Notes under the pieces: model-generated
Database searches by the model: none
Told to the model about the DNA's origin: nothing
Seen by the model: only the letters and a program-made list of their open reading frames with translations
Assembly: GCA_965242965.1 (NCBI GenBank)
Contig: OZ251518.1
Location: 5,408,001 to 5,472,000, forward strand
Length of the DNA stretch: 64,000 nt
Origin: Candidatus Poribacteria bacterium
GTDB lineage: Bacteria; Poribacteria; WGA-4E; WGA-3G
Reading direction: 5' to 3'
Program-made: the position numbers and the translations under genes
Shown here: positions 30,032 through 40,056 of the stretch, piece by piece
How positions within the stretch are numbered: position 1 is the stretch's first letter
How the letters are laid out: each line of letters begins with the position of its first letter

Positions 30032-31908
30032 TCACAGCGTTTTGAGGCGACACTGCAACGCCAGATTCGCCGCCAGCGTATCTGTTAACGCAATATCACG
30101 GCAGATAAACACCGAATCTTTGGATAATCCCAAGCGAGCGACATCCTCTTCCGAAAGTTCTGCGTCTAAAGATAAATAAAACGTCCGCCTCTCGGCCCCG
30201 GTAGACGTGCTTTCCAAGCGTGCATCTTGCGGCGCGGTAATGCAAAAAACGGTGTTCGTTTCAAGTCCCTCTATCTTCTCAATCACGCTGTCAAGCGGAT
30301 AGCCTTCCTTGAGCGCAACTTCGTAAAGGACATCTTCCACGCGCCAACCGTCGCGAAGCAGATCTACGGTGTTCTCCAATTGCGCAATGTAACCCTGAAT
30401 ATCATCGCCGGGAAGAATATCCTCCCGACGCAAATTAGATTCGGCGAGAGTGAAGACGCTGAAGCCGTAATCGCCGCCAGCCAATGCAGGCATATTCTCG
30501 CAGACGCGCCGAAGACGCTCCTTCCCGATTTCCGCAATCGTTTCAAATCCCGCTTCACGCGCCGCCGATTTTTCGGGAGTCTGTTCCGGCAATTGCACCA
30601 TGATAAACTGCCGACTCCCGCCATCCTCTTGGTTAAGTTCCAGCACCGCCTGCGCTGTCGTGCAGGAACCCGCGAAAAAATCTAACACAATCGAATCGCG
30701 CTCGGTGCCGAATTGGAGCAGGTGCTTGATTAAGCCGACCGGTTTCGGATTGGTGAATATGCCATCTTTACGGAAGATTTCTCGCAGTTGGACCCTGCCT
30801 CGGCTATTTTTCTCCACTTTTGTCAGCAAACTGCGAGGCACTCGCATCGCTTCGTTAAGATAGAGTTTATACTCTACGCGCCACTCCCCTTTGCGATTCT
30901 GCTTAAAAACAATTCTGCCATCGCTTTTCGCTTGCAGAAAGCGAGATTCCTTTTGCTTCCACTCGTTCAAAACCTTTGTGCCATCAGGGCACTTGATTTC
31001 GTACCGCAAACTGGGCGCAGGATTATCAGGGCGCATTGCCAAGAAAACGCTAGTTTTATAGGGACCGCGGCTTGCATAGTGTTCGTCCCTCTTCGTGTAA
31101 TCCGCTTTCTCTTTTTTTGTGAGTGGCCGTCTCAGTTTGTCAATTGCGGACAAATTTTTCGCGTAAACGAGGATATACTCGTGGTCCGTCGCAAAATACC
31201 GCGCGTCATTCCCACCGCCTGCGTGCCGCTGCCACACGAGTTGTTGCAGGCAGTTCTCCTCGCCAAAGATTTCGTTCATCAAGAGGCGGAGGTTGTAAAC
31301 CTCGCGGTCATCGATGCTGACGAAGATGATGCCATCTTCCGTAAGCAATTGCCTTGCGAGAAAAAGCCGCGGATACATCATCGACAGCCACGCCGAGTGG
31401 TAACGTCCACTTGTCTCCGGGTTGCTCGTTTGCAGATTACCGGCGGCATCGATTTGCCCGGATAACTGGAGGTAGGTATCCAACGGCTTCGCGTAGTTAT
31501 CGGGATAGACGAAGTCGCTGCCGGTGTTGTAAGGCGGATCGATGTAAATCGCCTTGATTCTGCCAAAGTAAGGTTTGTAGAGGAGTTTCAGCACCTCCAA
31601 GTTATCGCCTTCAATGAAGAAGTTGCGCGTTGCGTCAAAATCGCCACACGGACGCAAAGTCGCCTCTGTCGGCATATTGAGCAACCGGATTGCATCGTGC
31701 TTGCCTGCCCACGTGAAGTGGTATCTTTCCGCCGCTTTATCGGAAGCGTTAGCGTTTACCCCCCCCCTTCAGAAATATGTAGTAATTGTTTAAGTTTTCC
31801 CAGATCTACTTCGCCTTCGGTGACGCAGTCGGGGAAGAGTTGTTTGAGTTGTCGGAATCGTTCCGTATCCGGTGCGAGTGTCGCCGTTTCGATTTTCTCA
31901 ATGGGCAT
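30032..31908 (-). pseudogene. mod: Type III restriction-modification methyltransferase, frameshifted at a G9 tract (possibly phase-variable, OFF state)
   Basis: Frame 1 from ATG 31908 reads LKQLFPDCVTEGEVD..L and stops at TAA right after G9. Frame 2 continues ERYHFTWAGK..PT.ATLRP, IEGDNLEVLK, IYIDPPYN, LDFFAGS. Confidence 0.85.
31759..31767 (-). repeat. Homopolymeric G9 tract in the mod 5' coding region
   Basis: Nine C residues on the + strand at the frameshift point. Confidence 0.9.
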
Positions 31909-31943
31909 GATAGTTCCTCGTCTTGCGCAAATCGAGATGTCTT

Positions 31944-32228
31944 CTACTGATTTGTCGTTACCGCCTCCAATTTTTCTTGGAGCCAGCGGTTCACCAATTT
32001 TTCGATGGATATGCCCTGTTTCGTGGCGAGTGCGGTGAGTTGCTCAGCCACTTCAGGTTCCACGGTAACAAGGTTCGTTTTTGATGTGAGATTAACAACC
32101 TCAAATGCGACTTCGTGGGTTTCATCCCAATAATCGGCGAGGCTGTGCGTATCCCAGAATTCGCCAATCTCCTCCAATGTGGCCGTGGTAGGGGGCATTG
32201 AATCGCGCGCTTTAACTTTTTCTGCCAT
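31944..32228 (-). CDS. CopG/BrnA-like antitoxin, no adjacent toxin
   Basis: EEIGEFWDTHSLADYWD plus C-terminal ribbon-helix-helix LATKQGISIEKLVNRWLQEKL. Confidence 0.7.
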   Translation of the reverse strand: MAEKVKARDSMPPTTATLEEIGEFWDTHSLADYWDETHEVAFEVVNLTSKTNLVTVEPEVAEQLTALATKQGISIEKLVNRWLQEKLEAVTTNQ

Positions 32229-32360
32229 AGCGTTTTCGCTTTCCCCGGCATGCATCGAGACCAGGAGGTCTCTCCTACCGGGGTGTATTGAGACCTGGAG
32301 GTCTCTCCTACCCAGAGGGCATCGAGACCGGCGCGCCTATCGACACTTCCTTTTTTTTCC

Positions 32361-33596
32361 TTAAAATTCGGCGCGTGCCATGAAAGTCGCGTAAATCGTC
32401 GCGGTGCGCACCAGATCTGGGATATGCACGCGTTCGTCTATCGCATGGCCGCCCTCGCCGCGGGGGCCGTAGCCGATACCGGGCAATCCACTGTTTACAA
32501 AGAAATGGAGATCGGTAAACCCGGTCGTCGTCTTAAATTGCGGTTTATTGAAGCGCACCGTCTGCACCACTTTCGCGAACGCCTGTGCAAACGGGGAAGT
32601 CTCATCTGTCAGGCACGGTTCGATCTGCAAGAGCGTTTGAATCTCTGCGTTCAGTGCGGTGTAGTATTCACACGCCGTTGAAATCGTATCACGCAGTTCC
32701 AATTCGGCGAATCGGAGCGTTTCGTTCGGCGTAATCCGTCTGTCAACGGAGAAAGTGACGTTCGCAGGCACGGTGTTAATTTTATCGCCTTCCGTCCCGC
32801 GAAAGGTGCCACCGATGTTGAGCGTTGGGTGCCGTTTTGAGCCATCAGGGAGTGTGAACGCGCGCGTCGGCGATTTCAAATCGCGCTTGAGTCGTTGCAA
32901 TGCAGTCACCAACTGCGCCGTTTTCTCAAAGGCGTTGATACCTTTATGGGGTTGCGAACCGTGCGCTGCCTTTCCCTTCACGGCAATGTCGAGCCACAGC
33001 ACGCCGTTATGTCCGTTGCCGATGTTCATGCCGCCTCCGCCCTCGCAATTGATGACGTAATCCGCGTTGACTAACCCCTGTTCGACGATATAGCCCGCGC
33101 CCAAATCGCCCCCGGTCTCCTCGTCGCAGGTAAATGAGCATTCGATGTTGAACATCGGTTTCGCGCCAGTCTCCTGAAGCGACTGCATTGCAAACAGCAG
33201 CGCGGCGATGGCATCCTTCATATCATCGGCACCGCGGCCGTAGAGCCACTCATCGTGAAATTCGCCGTTGAAGGGTGGAAACCGCCAGTCGCCCGCGACC
33301 GGCACGACATCGTAGTGTGCATTGAAATGCACCGTTTTTTCGGCACCGACATCCCAACGCGCGATGAGGTTGAAGCGGGGATGGCTGTCTGCGTTGGAGA
33401 TGAATTTGTTCGCGTAGTCCGTTGGGACTGGCACTACCTGCGTCTGCATCCCCAATTCTTGGCACTTCGCTTCCAAGTATCCGACAATCTCGGCGTAGTT
33501 ATTGCCGGGCGGATTGACGGTAGGAATTCTGACGAGGGATTGAAGCAGCGCGCACAGTGCGGGTTGGTTTTCCTTGATATAGGTTTGTATGGCCAT
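32361..33596 (-). CDS. M20 family metallopeptidase (ArgE/DapE-like)
   Basis: NAHYDVVP, GRGADDMK, DEE, GKAAHGS, HAIDE. Confidence 0.9.
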   Translation of the reverse strand: MAIQTYIKENQPALCALLQSLVRIPTVNPPGNNYAEIVGYLEAKCQELGMQTQVVPVPTDYANKFISNADSHPRFNLIARWDVGAEKTVHFNAHYDVVPVAGDWRFPPFNGEFHDEWLYGRGADDMKDAIAALLFAMQSLQETGAKPMFNIECSFTCDEETGGDLGAGYIVEQGLVNADYVINCEGGGGMNIGNGHNGVLWLDIAVKGKAAHGSQPHKGINAFEKTAQLVTALQRLKRDLKSPTRAFTLPDGSKRHPTLNIGGTFRGTEGDKINTVPANVTFSVDRRITPNETLRFAELELRDTISTACEYYTALNAEIQTLLQIEPCLTDETSPFAQAFAKVVQTVRFNKPQFKTTTGFTDLHFFVNSGLPGIGYGPRGEGGHAIDERVHIPDLVRTATIYATFMARAEF

Positions 33597-33630
33597 TCAC
33601 ATTTTTCCTTTCGTTCTGGGTGGTTTTGCC

Positions 33631-33906
33631 CTACACGGTATACCACTTGATTTCTTCGGGGTTAATGACTACCATGCGAGAAATCCGCCCGAGTTCCTCT
33701 TGCGTGAGCGTTTTGGCGAGATTCGCCCAAACCAGGTCATCGCGTTCCGCCAAGTTATAGTTCTCAATATCAAATTTTCGGCTGATGATGAGGATACGGA
33801 CGTATTCGTCTCCATCGTCAAACACGTCGATGAAGTAGCCGGGTCCGCCGAACGAGCCGGCCTCCAGTGTTTCCTCAATTTTCTGCCGCAATGCCGCGCG
33901 AACCAT
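33631..33906 (-). CDS. Small hypothetical protein, paralog 2 (weakly BolA-like)
   Basis: AAGGAGGA RBS before ATG 33906; IDVFD..VRILIISRKF..ERDDLVW shared with the neighbour. Confidence 0.6.
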   Translation of the reverse strand: MVRAALRQKIEETLEAGSFGGPGYFIDVFDDGDEYVRILIISRKFDIENYNLAERDDLVWANLAKTLTQEELGRISRMVVINPEEIKWYTV

Positions 33907-33919
33907 CGCTATTCCTCCT

Positions 33920-34189
33920 TTACAAGATGTGGACTTCTTTGGGATGTCTGCCGATAGTGAGGAAGACGCGGCTCCATTCATCCATGGGCAAATGTCCCCA
34001 TATCTGATTGTCAATGATGTCTCCTCTTTCGTCCGATGTCATACCGCTCTTGAACTTTCGGCTGACGACGACGATATGGACACTCTCATGGGCAGAGCCA
34101 TCGGATACGTCAACGAAATCTTTCTCGTCGTTGAAATACCCATCTTTGAGCAGGCGGTAAATCTTCCGTTTCACCTTTTCGCATGCCAT
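33920..34189 (-). CDS. Small hypothetical protein, paralog 1 (weakly BolA-like)
   Basis: GAGGAGGA RBS; VDVSDG..VHIVVVSRKF..ERGDII. Confidence 0.6.
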   Translation of the reverse strand: MACEKVKRKIYRLLKDGYFNDEKDFVDVSDGSAHESVHIVVVSRKFKSGMTSDERGDIIDNQIWGHLPMDEWSRVFLTIGRHPKEVHIL

Positions 34190-34255
34190 GGATAAGTCCT
34201 CCTCTAGCTGCCGCCTCCTCTCCCCGGCTTGCTCGCGGATGCCGTTATGTAAATT

Positions 34256-34520
34256 GAGGGCGTTTCATAAATCGCTCAACATCGCGGGGACAGGCCCCGC
34301 GCTACGGTGAAAAAACGCCGCGCCTTCACGTAGGGCGAGGGCCTGTCCCTCGCCATGCGTTTTGGTGGCAGACTGCATCCCCCCTGTAGGTCAAGATCGC
34401 CTGATCTTGACCCGTTCGGGAGCGGGCGCTCCCGAACTACAGATGTAGGTCCAATGCCTGCCGGTATTCGCCCGCCTCCAAGGCAGGATAAATACCGAAA
34501 CGGAGTTATGAAACACCCTC
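34256..34520. mobile_element. MITE with terminal inverted repeats and 9-bp target-site duplication
   Basis: GAGGGCGTTTCATAA...TTATGAAACACCCTC flanked by ATGTAAATT at 34247-34255 and 34521-34529. Confidence 0.85.
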
Positions 34521-34585
34521 ATGTAAATTGATATTCATAATAAATAGGATACCATACCTCGCGACTGGAATGCAAACCTAATTGT

Positions 34586-35002
34586 CTATGACGTGACGAC
34601 AGCCTGGTCTCCCGCCGACAAATGCCCTACCGTTTCACCCGTTTCCGTAAACGTTCGCGTCACGTTTACGGAGGCGTACGTCCACAAAATTTTCATTGGT
34701 GCATTGCTTTCATTCCAGAAGCGGTGTGGGATGCCCGCTGGCACGAACGTCGTGTCAAACGCCTTCATCGTGAAGACTTCGCCATCCACTTCGCAGGCTG
34801 CCTCTCCCTCCAGAATGGTGACAGATTCGTCACAGTTGTGATAGTGACGCGCGATTGCGGCACCGGGCTCAAACATCGTCACACCGTTCGTTAGCGAAGT
34901 AGAATTGAGCCACTTACCGGCAAGCGGCACGGTTTTTACGCCAGTCCCCCGTTCGACCGGGGTTTGCTGCTCAAAAGTGATGACATGCGCTTTTGTGTCC
35001 AT
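34586..35002 (-). CDS. Cupin domain protein
   Basis: PG.....HYHNCDESVTILEG...FVPAGIPHRFWN. Confidence 0.88.
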   Translation of the reverse strand: MDTKAHVITFEQQTPVERGTGVKTVPLAGKWLNSTSLTNGVTMFEPGAAIARHYHNCDESVTILEGEAACEVDGEVFTMKAFDTTFVPAGIPHRFWNESNAPMKILWTYASVNVTRTFTETGETVGHLSAGDQAVVTS

Positions 35003-35145
35003 CTGTTACCCTCCTCCGATTTTCTTGTTGTTAGAGAGTTTACCTTTAATAAGAAAAAATGTCAAGGCATGAAAAACGTTCTTGACTTTCCAAAGGAAAG
35101 ATGCCACAATAAAGCGAAATCCTCTCCGCACAGCGAAAATCGGTT

Positions 35146-36543
35146 ATGAAAAACGATAAAAAAACAATCTTCGGTTGGTGCATGTATGACTGGGCGAATT
35201 CTGCCTACGGCACTACCGTAGTTGCTGCGCTATTGCCAAACTATTTCGCGCTAGCCGTTGTCGGTAAAGCCGGTGTCAACATCGCCGGACAGACGTTCAG
35301 CGCGACGGCGTTATGGGGTTATATGCTTGGCGCGTCTGCACTTGTGGTGTTCTTCTGCGCGCCTGTGCTTGGTGCCATCGCCGATTTCTCTGCCGCGAAA
35401 AAGAAGTTCCTCATCGGTTTCGCGTATACCGGCAGCCTCTTCGCAACGCTCCTCTATTTCTGCACCGCCGGCGATGTCTGGCTGACTGTTCTGCTCTTCG
35501 TCGGTTCACAAGTCTGCTTTGTCGCCGCGAACGTCTTCTACGATGCGTTCCTGCCGCAAATCGCCACGCCAGAAAGATTGGATGCTGTTTCTAGCCGAGG
35601 CTATGCCTTTGGCTATGTCGGCGGGGGGTTGCAATTTGCCATCGCGCTCGCTCTCGTCGCCAGGCACGATGTTATTGGGATTAGTGAATCGATGGCGGCG
35701 CGCATCGGCATCGGAATGGCAGGGCTTTGGTGGGCTGGATGGACGCTGTTTACCGTTAAATTTTTGAAAGAGTCAAGGCGGGGAGAGTTATCTGATGGAG
35801 GTGCATCGAGACCAGGAGGGCTTTCCTACCAAGAGGCAGAAGCATCGAGACCGGGAGGTCTCTCCTACGGGGAGAGGGGACAGGAGATTGGCAATGCGGA
35901 ACTGCAGTGGCACGACTATCTGAAAATCGGCATCAGCCGAACTATTGCAACTGCCAAAAAGGTGCGGCGGTTTAAACACCTCACCCTCTTTCTCATCGCT
36001 TATCTTGTTTACAACGACGGCATCCACACCGTCAGCACGATGGCGACGATTTACGGCACGCAGGAACTCAACCTCTCCACGACGGTGTTGATGGTAACGC
36101 TCCTCGCCGTTCAAATCATCGCAATAGGCGGCGCGCTCGTGTTCAGCCGCATCGCGAACTTGCTTGGGACGAAGCGGACAGTCATGCTGACGCTGCTGCT
36201 CTGGAGCGGCGTTGTTACCTACGCCTATTTTACGCGAACCGCAACCGAATTCTTTATGCTCGGTGCTGTCGTCGGACTCGTCCTTGGCGGCTCGCAGGCA
36301 CTCAGCCGCTCCTTCTACGGCGCGATGATTCCTGAAGAAGCAAGTGCCGAATTTTACGGATTTTATTCTGTTTTTAGCAAGTTTTCTGCTACCTTCGGCC
36401 CGCTCACATTCGCGTTTATCGCGCAAGTTACAGGCAATGCAAGACTCTCGATCATCTCGCTGGTGGTATTCTTCGTTGTGGGGTTGGTGTTGCTAGCGTT
36501 TGTGGATGAGGAAAAGGCGAAGGTGGATAGGTTGACATTTTGA
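35146..36543 (+). CDS. MFS transporter, UMF1/Atg22 family
   Basis: WCMYDWANSAY, NVFYDAFLP, GYVGG, YNDG, GGSQALSRS; about 12 hydrophobic segments. Confidence 0.9.
   Translation: MKNDKKTIFGWCMYDWANSAYGTTVVAALLPNYFALAVVGKAGVNIAGQTFSATALWGYMLGASALVVFFCAPVLGAIADFSAAKKKFLIGFAYTGSLFATLLYFCTAGDVWLTVLLFVGSQVCFVAANVFYDAFLPQIATPERLDAVSSRGYAFGYVGGGLQFAIALALVARHDVIGISESMAARIGIGMAGLWWAGWTLFTVKFLKESRRGELSDGGASRPGGLSYQEAEASRPGGLSYGERGQEIGNAELQWHDYLKIGISRTIATAKKVRRFKHLTLFLIAYLVYNDGIHTVSTMATIYGTQELNLSTTVLMVTLLAVQIIAIGGALVFSRIANLLGTKRTVMLTLLLWSGVVTYAYFTRTATEFFMLGAVVGLVLGGSQALSRSFYGAMIPEEASAEFYGFYSVFSKFSATFGPLTFAFIAQVTGNARLSIISLVVFFVVGLVLLAFVDEEKAKVDRLTF
35803..35872. repeat. Two GAGACC-GGTCTC-type REP units inserted in-frame within the MFS gene
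   Basis: Same unit as intergenic repeats (e.g. 32251-32310); translated as ASRPGGLSY twice. Confidence 0.8.
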
Positions 36544-36887
36544 TAGAGTGAAGCGCGCGGGGGAGGTAGGGAACGCGGGGGACAGGTCCCCGCGCTACGG
36601 GGAAATCGCCCCCCCCTCACCGTAGGGCGAGGGCCTGTCCCTCGCCAGCGTTATTGCACCAGGCCCTGTAGATCAGGAGTGCCTGCTCCTGACCCGTTTG
36701 TGATTAGGCGATCACAAACTACAGAGGCTAAAGGACCTAAAACGCCGCCTCGGGACGATGGAGATCGCGGGGGACAGGCCCCCGCGCTACGGGAACATCG
36801 AGACCGGGAGGTCTCTCCTACGGGGAAAGAAATCGAGACCAGGAGGTCTCTCCTACCGAATGCGTCGAAATATGAAACACCCTCAGA

Positions 36888-37748
36888 TTAATTCACTACC
36901 TCGAAAACAATCGGGAGTTCCAACCGCAAACTGCTCGCGTTATGGCCATCAGGAAACGGCGGATACGGGACAGCATTTTGGATGGCGGCGATGGCGGCGT
37001 TATCTAACGCAAGCGAACCGGAAGAGGCTGTCACTTCCGGGTTCCGCACGGTGCCGTCCTTAAACAGCGTAAACCGTATCGTTGCAGCCGTGCCGTCCTC
37101 TAAATTCTGCACGCGTGGCGGAAACCGCTGCACCCGCTTAATCCGTTCGCGCACCTGCTTCAGGAATTCGTTAAACGACTGCTTGGCACTGCCAAAATTG
37201 ACAGAGGCGAGCTCAAGATTGCCCGGTTCGTTGAATTCCACCTGCGCGAGACTTGAGCCCATATCCATCTGTGTCACCAAACTCGTCGTCTCAAACTTCG
37301 GCACTTCAAACTTGGGTGTTGTCGTGACGATGTTCGCCTGCCGCGATTCGCTAAACAGGTTGCGGCCGAGCCCCTCCATGTTGGGTACCATCGTCGGACG
37401 CGTGGAGACATCGCTCGTCGGTAAGGTGAAGCGTGCGTTGCCCATCGGAATCTTAGCACTCGTTGTCACGGGCTGTCCCTTCGGCGCGCGAACCTTGAGT
37501 GCCTTCGGTTTCTGAGCCTCCCGCATTTTACGCTGCTGCGTCCGCCGCTTCGGCTGCGGTTTCTCCTCGGCAACGAGGACGCTCTGCATCGCATCTTTAT
37601 TTCTCTCCAAAACCGTCTTCCGAATCAAATAGACACCGAGGACGATTATCCCGATGACGTGCAAGCCGATGGAGACTCCCGCCGCGATTTTCCGGCGGCG
37701 TTTTCCTTTTGCCTTCGCCGCCGCGTAGTTAGAGTGAGCATAGTTCAT
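36888..37748 (-). CDS. TonB family energy transducer
   Basis: N-terminal TM with S..LH motif, Pro/Lys-rich linker, C-terminal SSG.LALDNAA..AI.NA.PYPPFP. Confidence 0.85.
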   Translation of the reverse strand: MNYAHSNYAAAKAKGKRRRKIAAGVSIGLHVIGIIVLGVYLIRKTVLERNKDAMQSVLVAEEKPQPKRRTQQRKMREAQKPKALKVRAPKGQPVTTSAKIPMGNARFTLPTSDVSTRPTMVPNMEGLGRNLFSESRQANIVTTTPKFEVPKFETTSLVTQMDMGSSLAQVEFNEPGNLELASVNFGSAKQSFNEFLKQVRERIKRVQRFPPRVQNLEDGTAATIRFTLFKDGTVRNPEVTASSGSLALDNAAIAAIQNAVPYPPFPDGHNASSLRLELPIVFEVVN

Positions 37749-37802
37749 TATGTTTCTTCCTCCAATGAAGGTTTGCGGGGGACAGGCCCCCGTGATACGG
37801 TT

Positions 37803-38291
37803 TTAATCTTGATAACTTAACAATTTGTAACGCTGATTTTTTACCACTACCGAACCGAGAATCTTCAGTTCCATCTTTTTCCCTTCGGCATTCCGTAATG
37901 TCAAAACGGTTCCGCGAAGCAGTTGGAACCCATCGTAAGTTTCCATCGGTTTATCAAAGCGGATATCCACGAACGTCAGATTATGTCCGCCGTAGCGTGC
38001 GATGGCTCTTTTCATGCCGATGTTGCATTTTTTATTCAGGTTCTCCCAGGCGAAATCACCAGGGAAATTACTCGGCGGCCGGCTTGCGGAGAAGGCGGGC
38101 CAGAGCCAAGCGAGATACGCCTCGCGTTGCACGCGCAGCTGGTTCAACTTGGCGATGTCTTTCCGATTCAAAGCGTCAACGACTGCCATGCCAATTTGGC
38201 CTGGCGAGGCGAGACTATTTGTCCACGCGGGTTTCTCACAGCCGCTGAGGCTAATCCAAGAGAGGAGTAGGGCGGCGATGAGTGAGCGCAC
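37803..38291 (-). CDS. Hypothetical lipoprotein
   Basis: GTG 38291 gives the signal peptide MRSLIAALLLSWISLSGC. The ORF stays open upstream to 38489 through three 63-bp repeats, so the start is uncertain. Confidence 0.6.
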   Translation of the reverse strand: MRSLIAALLLSWISLSGCEKPAWTNSLASPGQIGMAVVDALNRKDIAKLNQLRVQREAYLAWLWPAFSASRPPSNFPGDFAWENLNKKCNIGMKRAIARYGGHNLTFVDIRFDKPMETYDGFQLLRGTVLTLRNAEGKKMELKILGSVVVKNQRYKLLSYQD

Positions 38292-38475
38292 GCGGGAGAC
38301 AAGCCCCCGCGCTACGGAGAAATGCGCGTCACTGCTATCGATGAGCGAACGCGCGCGGGGGACAGGCCCTCGCGCTACGGAGAAGTGCGCGTCGCTGCTA
38401 TCGATGAGAGAACGCGCGCGGGGGACAGGCCCCCGCGCTACGGAGAGACGCGTGTCTCTGATGTCAGAAAGTGGC

Positions 38476-39810
38476 CTAATACTGCGCACTTGTCGTCCAT
38501 CCCGTTGTCCAATTGCTGGAGGGATCTACGCCGCCGATAAAGTTTACCTGTTGGAAGAACCCATCAGCGGGCGGCTGCGCAGGCACGACTGCGGCTGCAC
38601 CGGCACCCGGCGTGAAGTTAGGCGCGGTTTTGTTGAACGGCAGTGCCAGCCCCGGGTCTTCCTCTACATTATCGTTGCCGGAAGCCCAGGCGGCTTCGTC
38701 AAACCCATCGTCGTCTTTTTCATCGCCGAAATTGCCCTTCTTGTTCTCAAAGAAGATGCTGTTTTTCACCACCAACGCACCGCTGTTCGCCTGTGCATGC
38801 GTGGACTCAGTGTTCAGGTCCAACCCCATTTTGTTGAAGCCGGTGACGATGAAGTTGGCGTAGGTGCCTGCCGCGCCTTCACGAATCAACATACCGGTGT
38901 CGCTTTCAGGTCCGTCCGGATCACCGATGAGCGTGACGTTATAGATAGTCGCGTTGGAGCGCGGTGTCGCCTCGTTGTCCTTGCTGCTGTTGTCGACTTC
39001 AAAGCCGTTGTCTGCGTCGTCGCCGTATTGCTGCGCAACCCAGAATTGGCCCTTGCCGGTCCAACCGTCTGTCCAGTCAAACGAGTCATCGCGCGCACCT
39101 GTGACGAGCGCGTATTTGAGATTAACAGTGCCGCCGAACATCTCAATGCCATCATCTTGATTCATGTGCACCTGCACGTGCTCAATAATGGTGCCGGAGC
39201 CGACACCCTGCAGTGCGATGCCGTTGAGTTCATTGTCCGGGCTAAATTCGATGCCGGCGTATTCCACGCGGACATACTGCAGCACGCCGCTGCTATCCGC
39301 GGGATTGTTGCCGCCGAAGGCACCCGTGTCGCCTTCCCCGAAGGTTTCGCCTTGGTTCGTGGGCGCATTGCCGTTGATGATGAGGCCTCCCCACTGCCCG
39401 CGGGCGTGCGAACCATCAGGCGCATCGCTCGTCATCACAATCGGTGCGCTCGCCGTGCCGGCAGCCATAATCTTTGAACCGCGGGCGATAATGAGCGTCC
39501 CTTGACTTGCGCCTTCGCCATAGACGGTAACGCCCGGTTCAATCGTCAACGTCGCGCCGCCTTCAACAAACACGGCACCCTTCAAGAGGTAGTCGTAGTC
39601 CGCGCTGAGCGTTTTGTCCGCTGTCACCCGGCCTTCCAACACGACTACCTCACGGCCGCCAGCATTGATAATGGTTTCTCCCACCTCCGTGGTTCCATCG
39701 GTTTCGCTAGCAGTATCCTCTTCGTCATCTGCCCCGCAGCCGGCGAAAATCATCGCGATACCGGCTATGGCGATGAGCATCAACTGAATTTTAAACGTAA
39801 TCTTTGACAT
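38476..39810 (-). CDS. Acidic beta-helix-like lipoprotein associated with TonB-dependent receptor
   Basis: Lipobox FAGC; LTIEPG, G.WGGLII.G.AP, DSSG.L.YVRVEYAG..PD.ELNG, DDGIEMFGG. Confidence 0.75.
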   Translation of the reverse strand: MSKITFKIQLMLIAIAGIAMIFAGCGADDEEDTASETDGTTEVGETIINAGGREVVVLEGRVTADKTLSADYDYLLKGAVFVEGGATLTIEPGVTVYGEGASQGTLIIARGSKIMAAGTASAPIVMTSDAPDGSHARGQWGGLIINGNAPTNQGETFGEGDTGAFGGNNPADSSGVLQYVRVEYAGIEFSPDNELNGIALQGVGSGTIIEHVQVHMNQDDGIEMFGGTVNLKYALVTGARDDSFDWTDGWTGKGQFWVAQQYGDDADNGFEVDNSSKDNEATPRSNATIYNVTLIGDPDGPESDTGMLIREGAAGTYANFIVTGFNKMGLDLNTESTHAQANSGALVVKNSIFFENKKGNFGDEKDDDGFDEAAWASGNDNVEEDPGLALPFNKTAPNFTPGAGAAAVVPAQPPADGFFQQVNFIGGVDPSSNWTTGWTTSAQY

Positions 39811-40056
39811 GAGTTTCTAAAGCTCCTTTTTTTGAGCAGCATTTACAAGATTATGAAGATTACCCAAATTATGCGACTCGCGTCAATCCGCTTGTCGTCA
39901 CGCTTACGATTTTTCGGCAACCTTCCTCAATAGCATTTGCGGCTTCAGGTGCCGCGTCACATTTAAGGATACCCAAGAATTGTTACAAAATCGTTACGAT
40001 GTTATGAATTATTTTTACCGTTATGGACACGGTGGCCTTGGCATCGTAAGTTAATC

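Noticed and set aside
38002-39477. 491-aa plus-strand ORF
   Set aside because: Antisense shadow of the lipoprotein genes and repeats, with no recognisable motifs.
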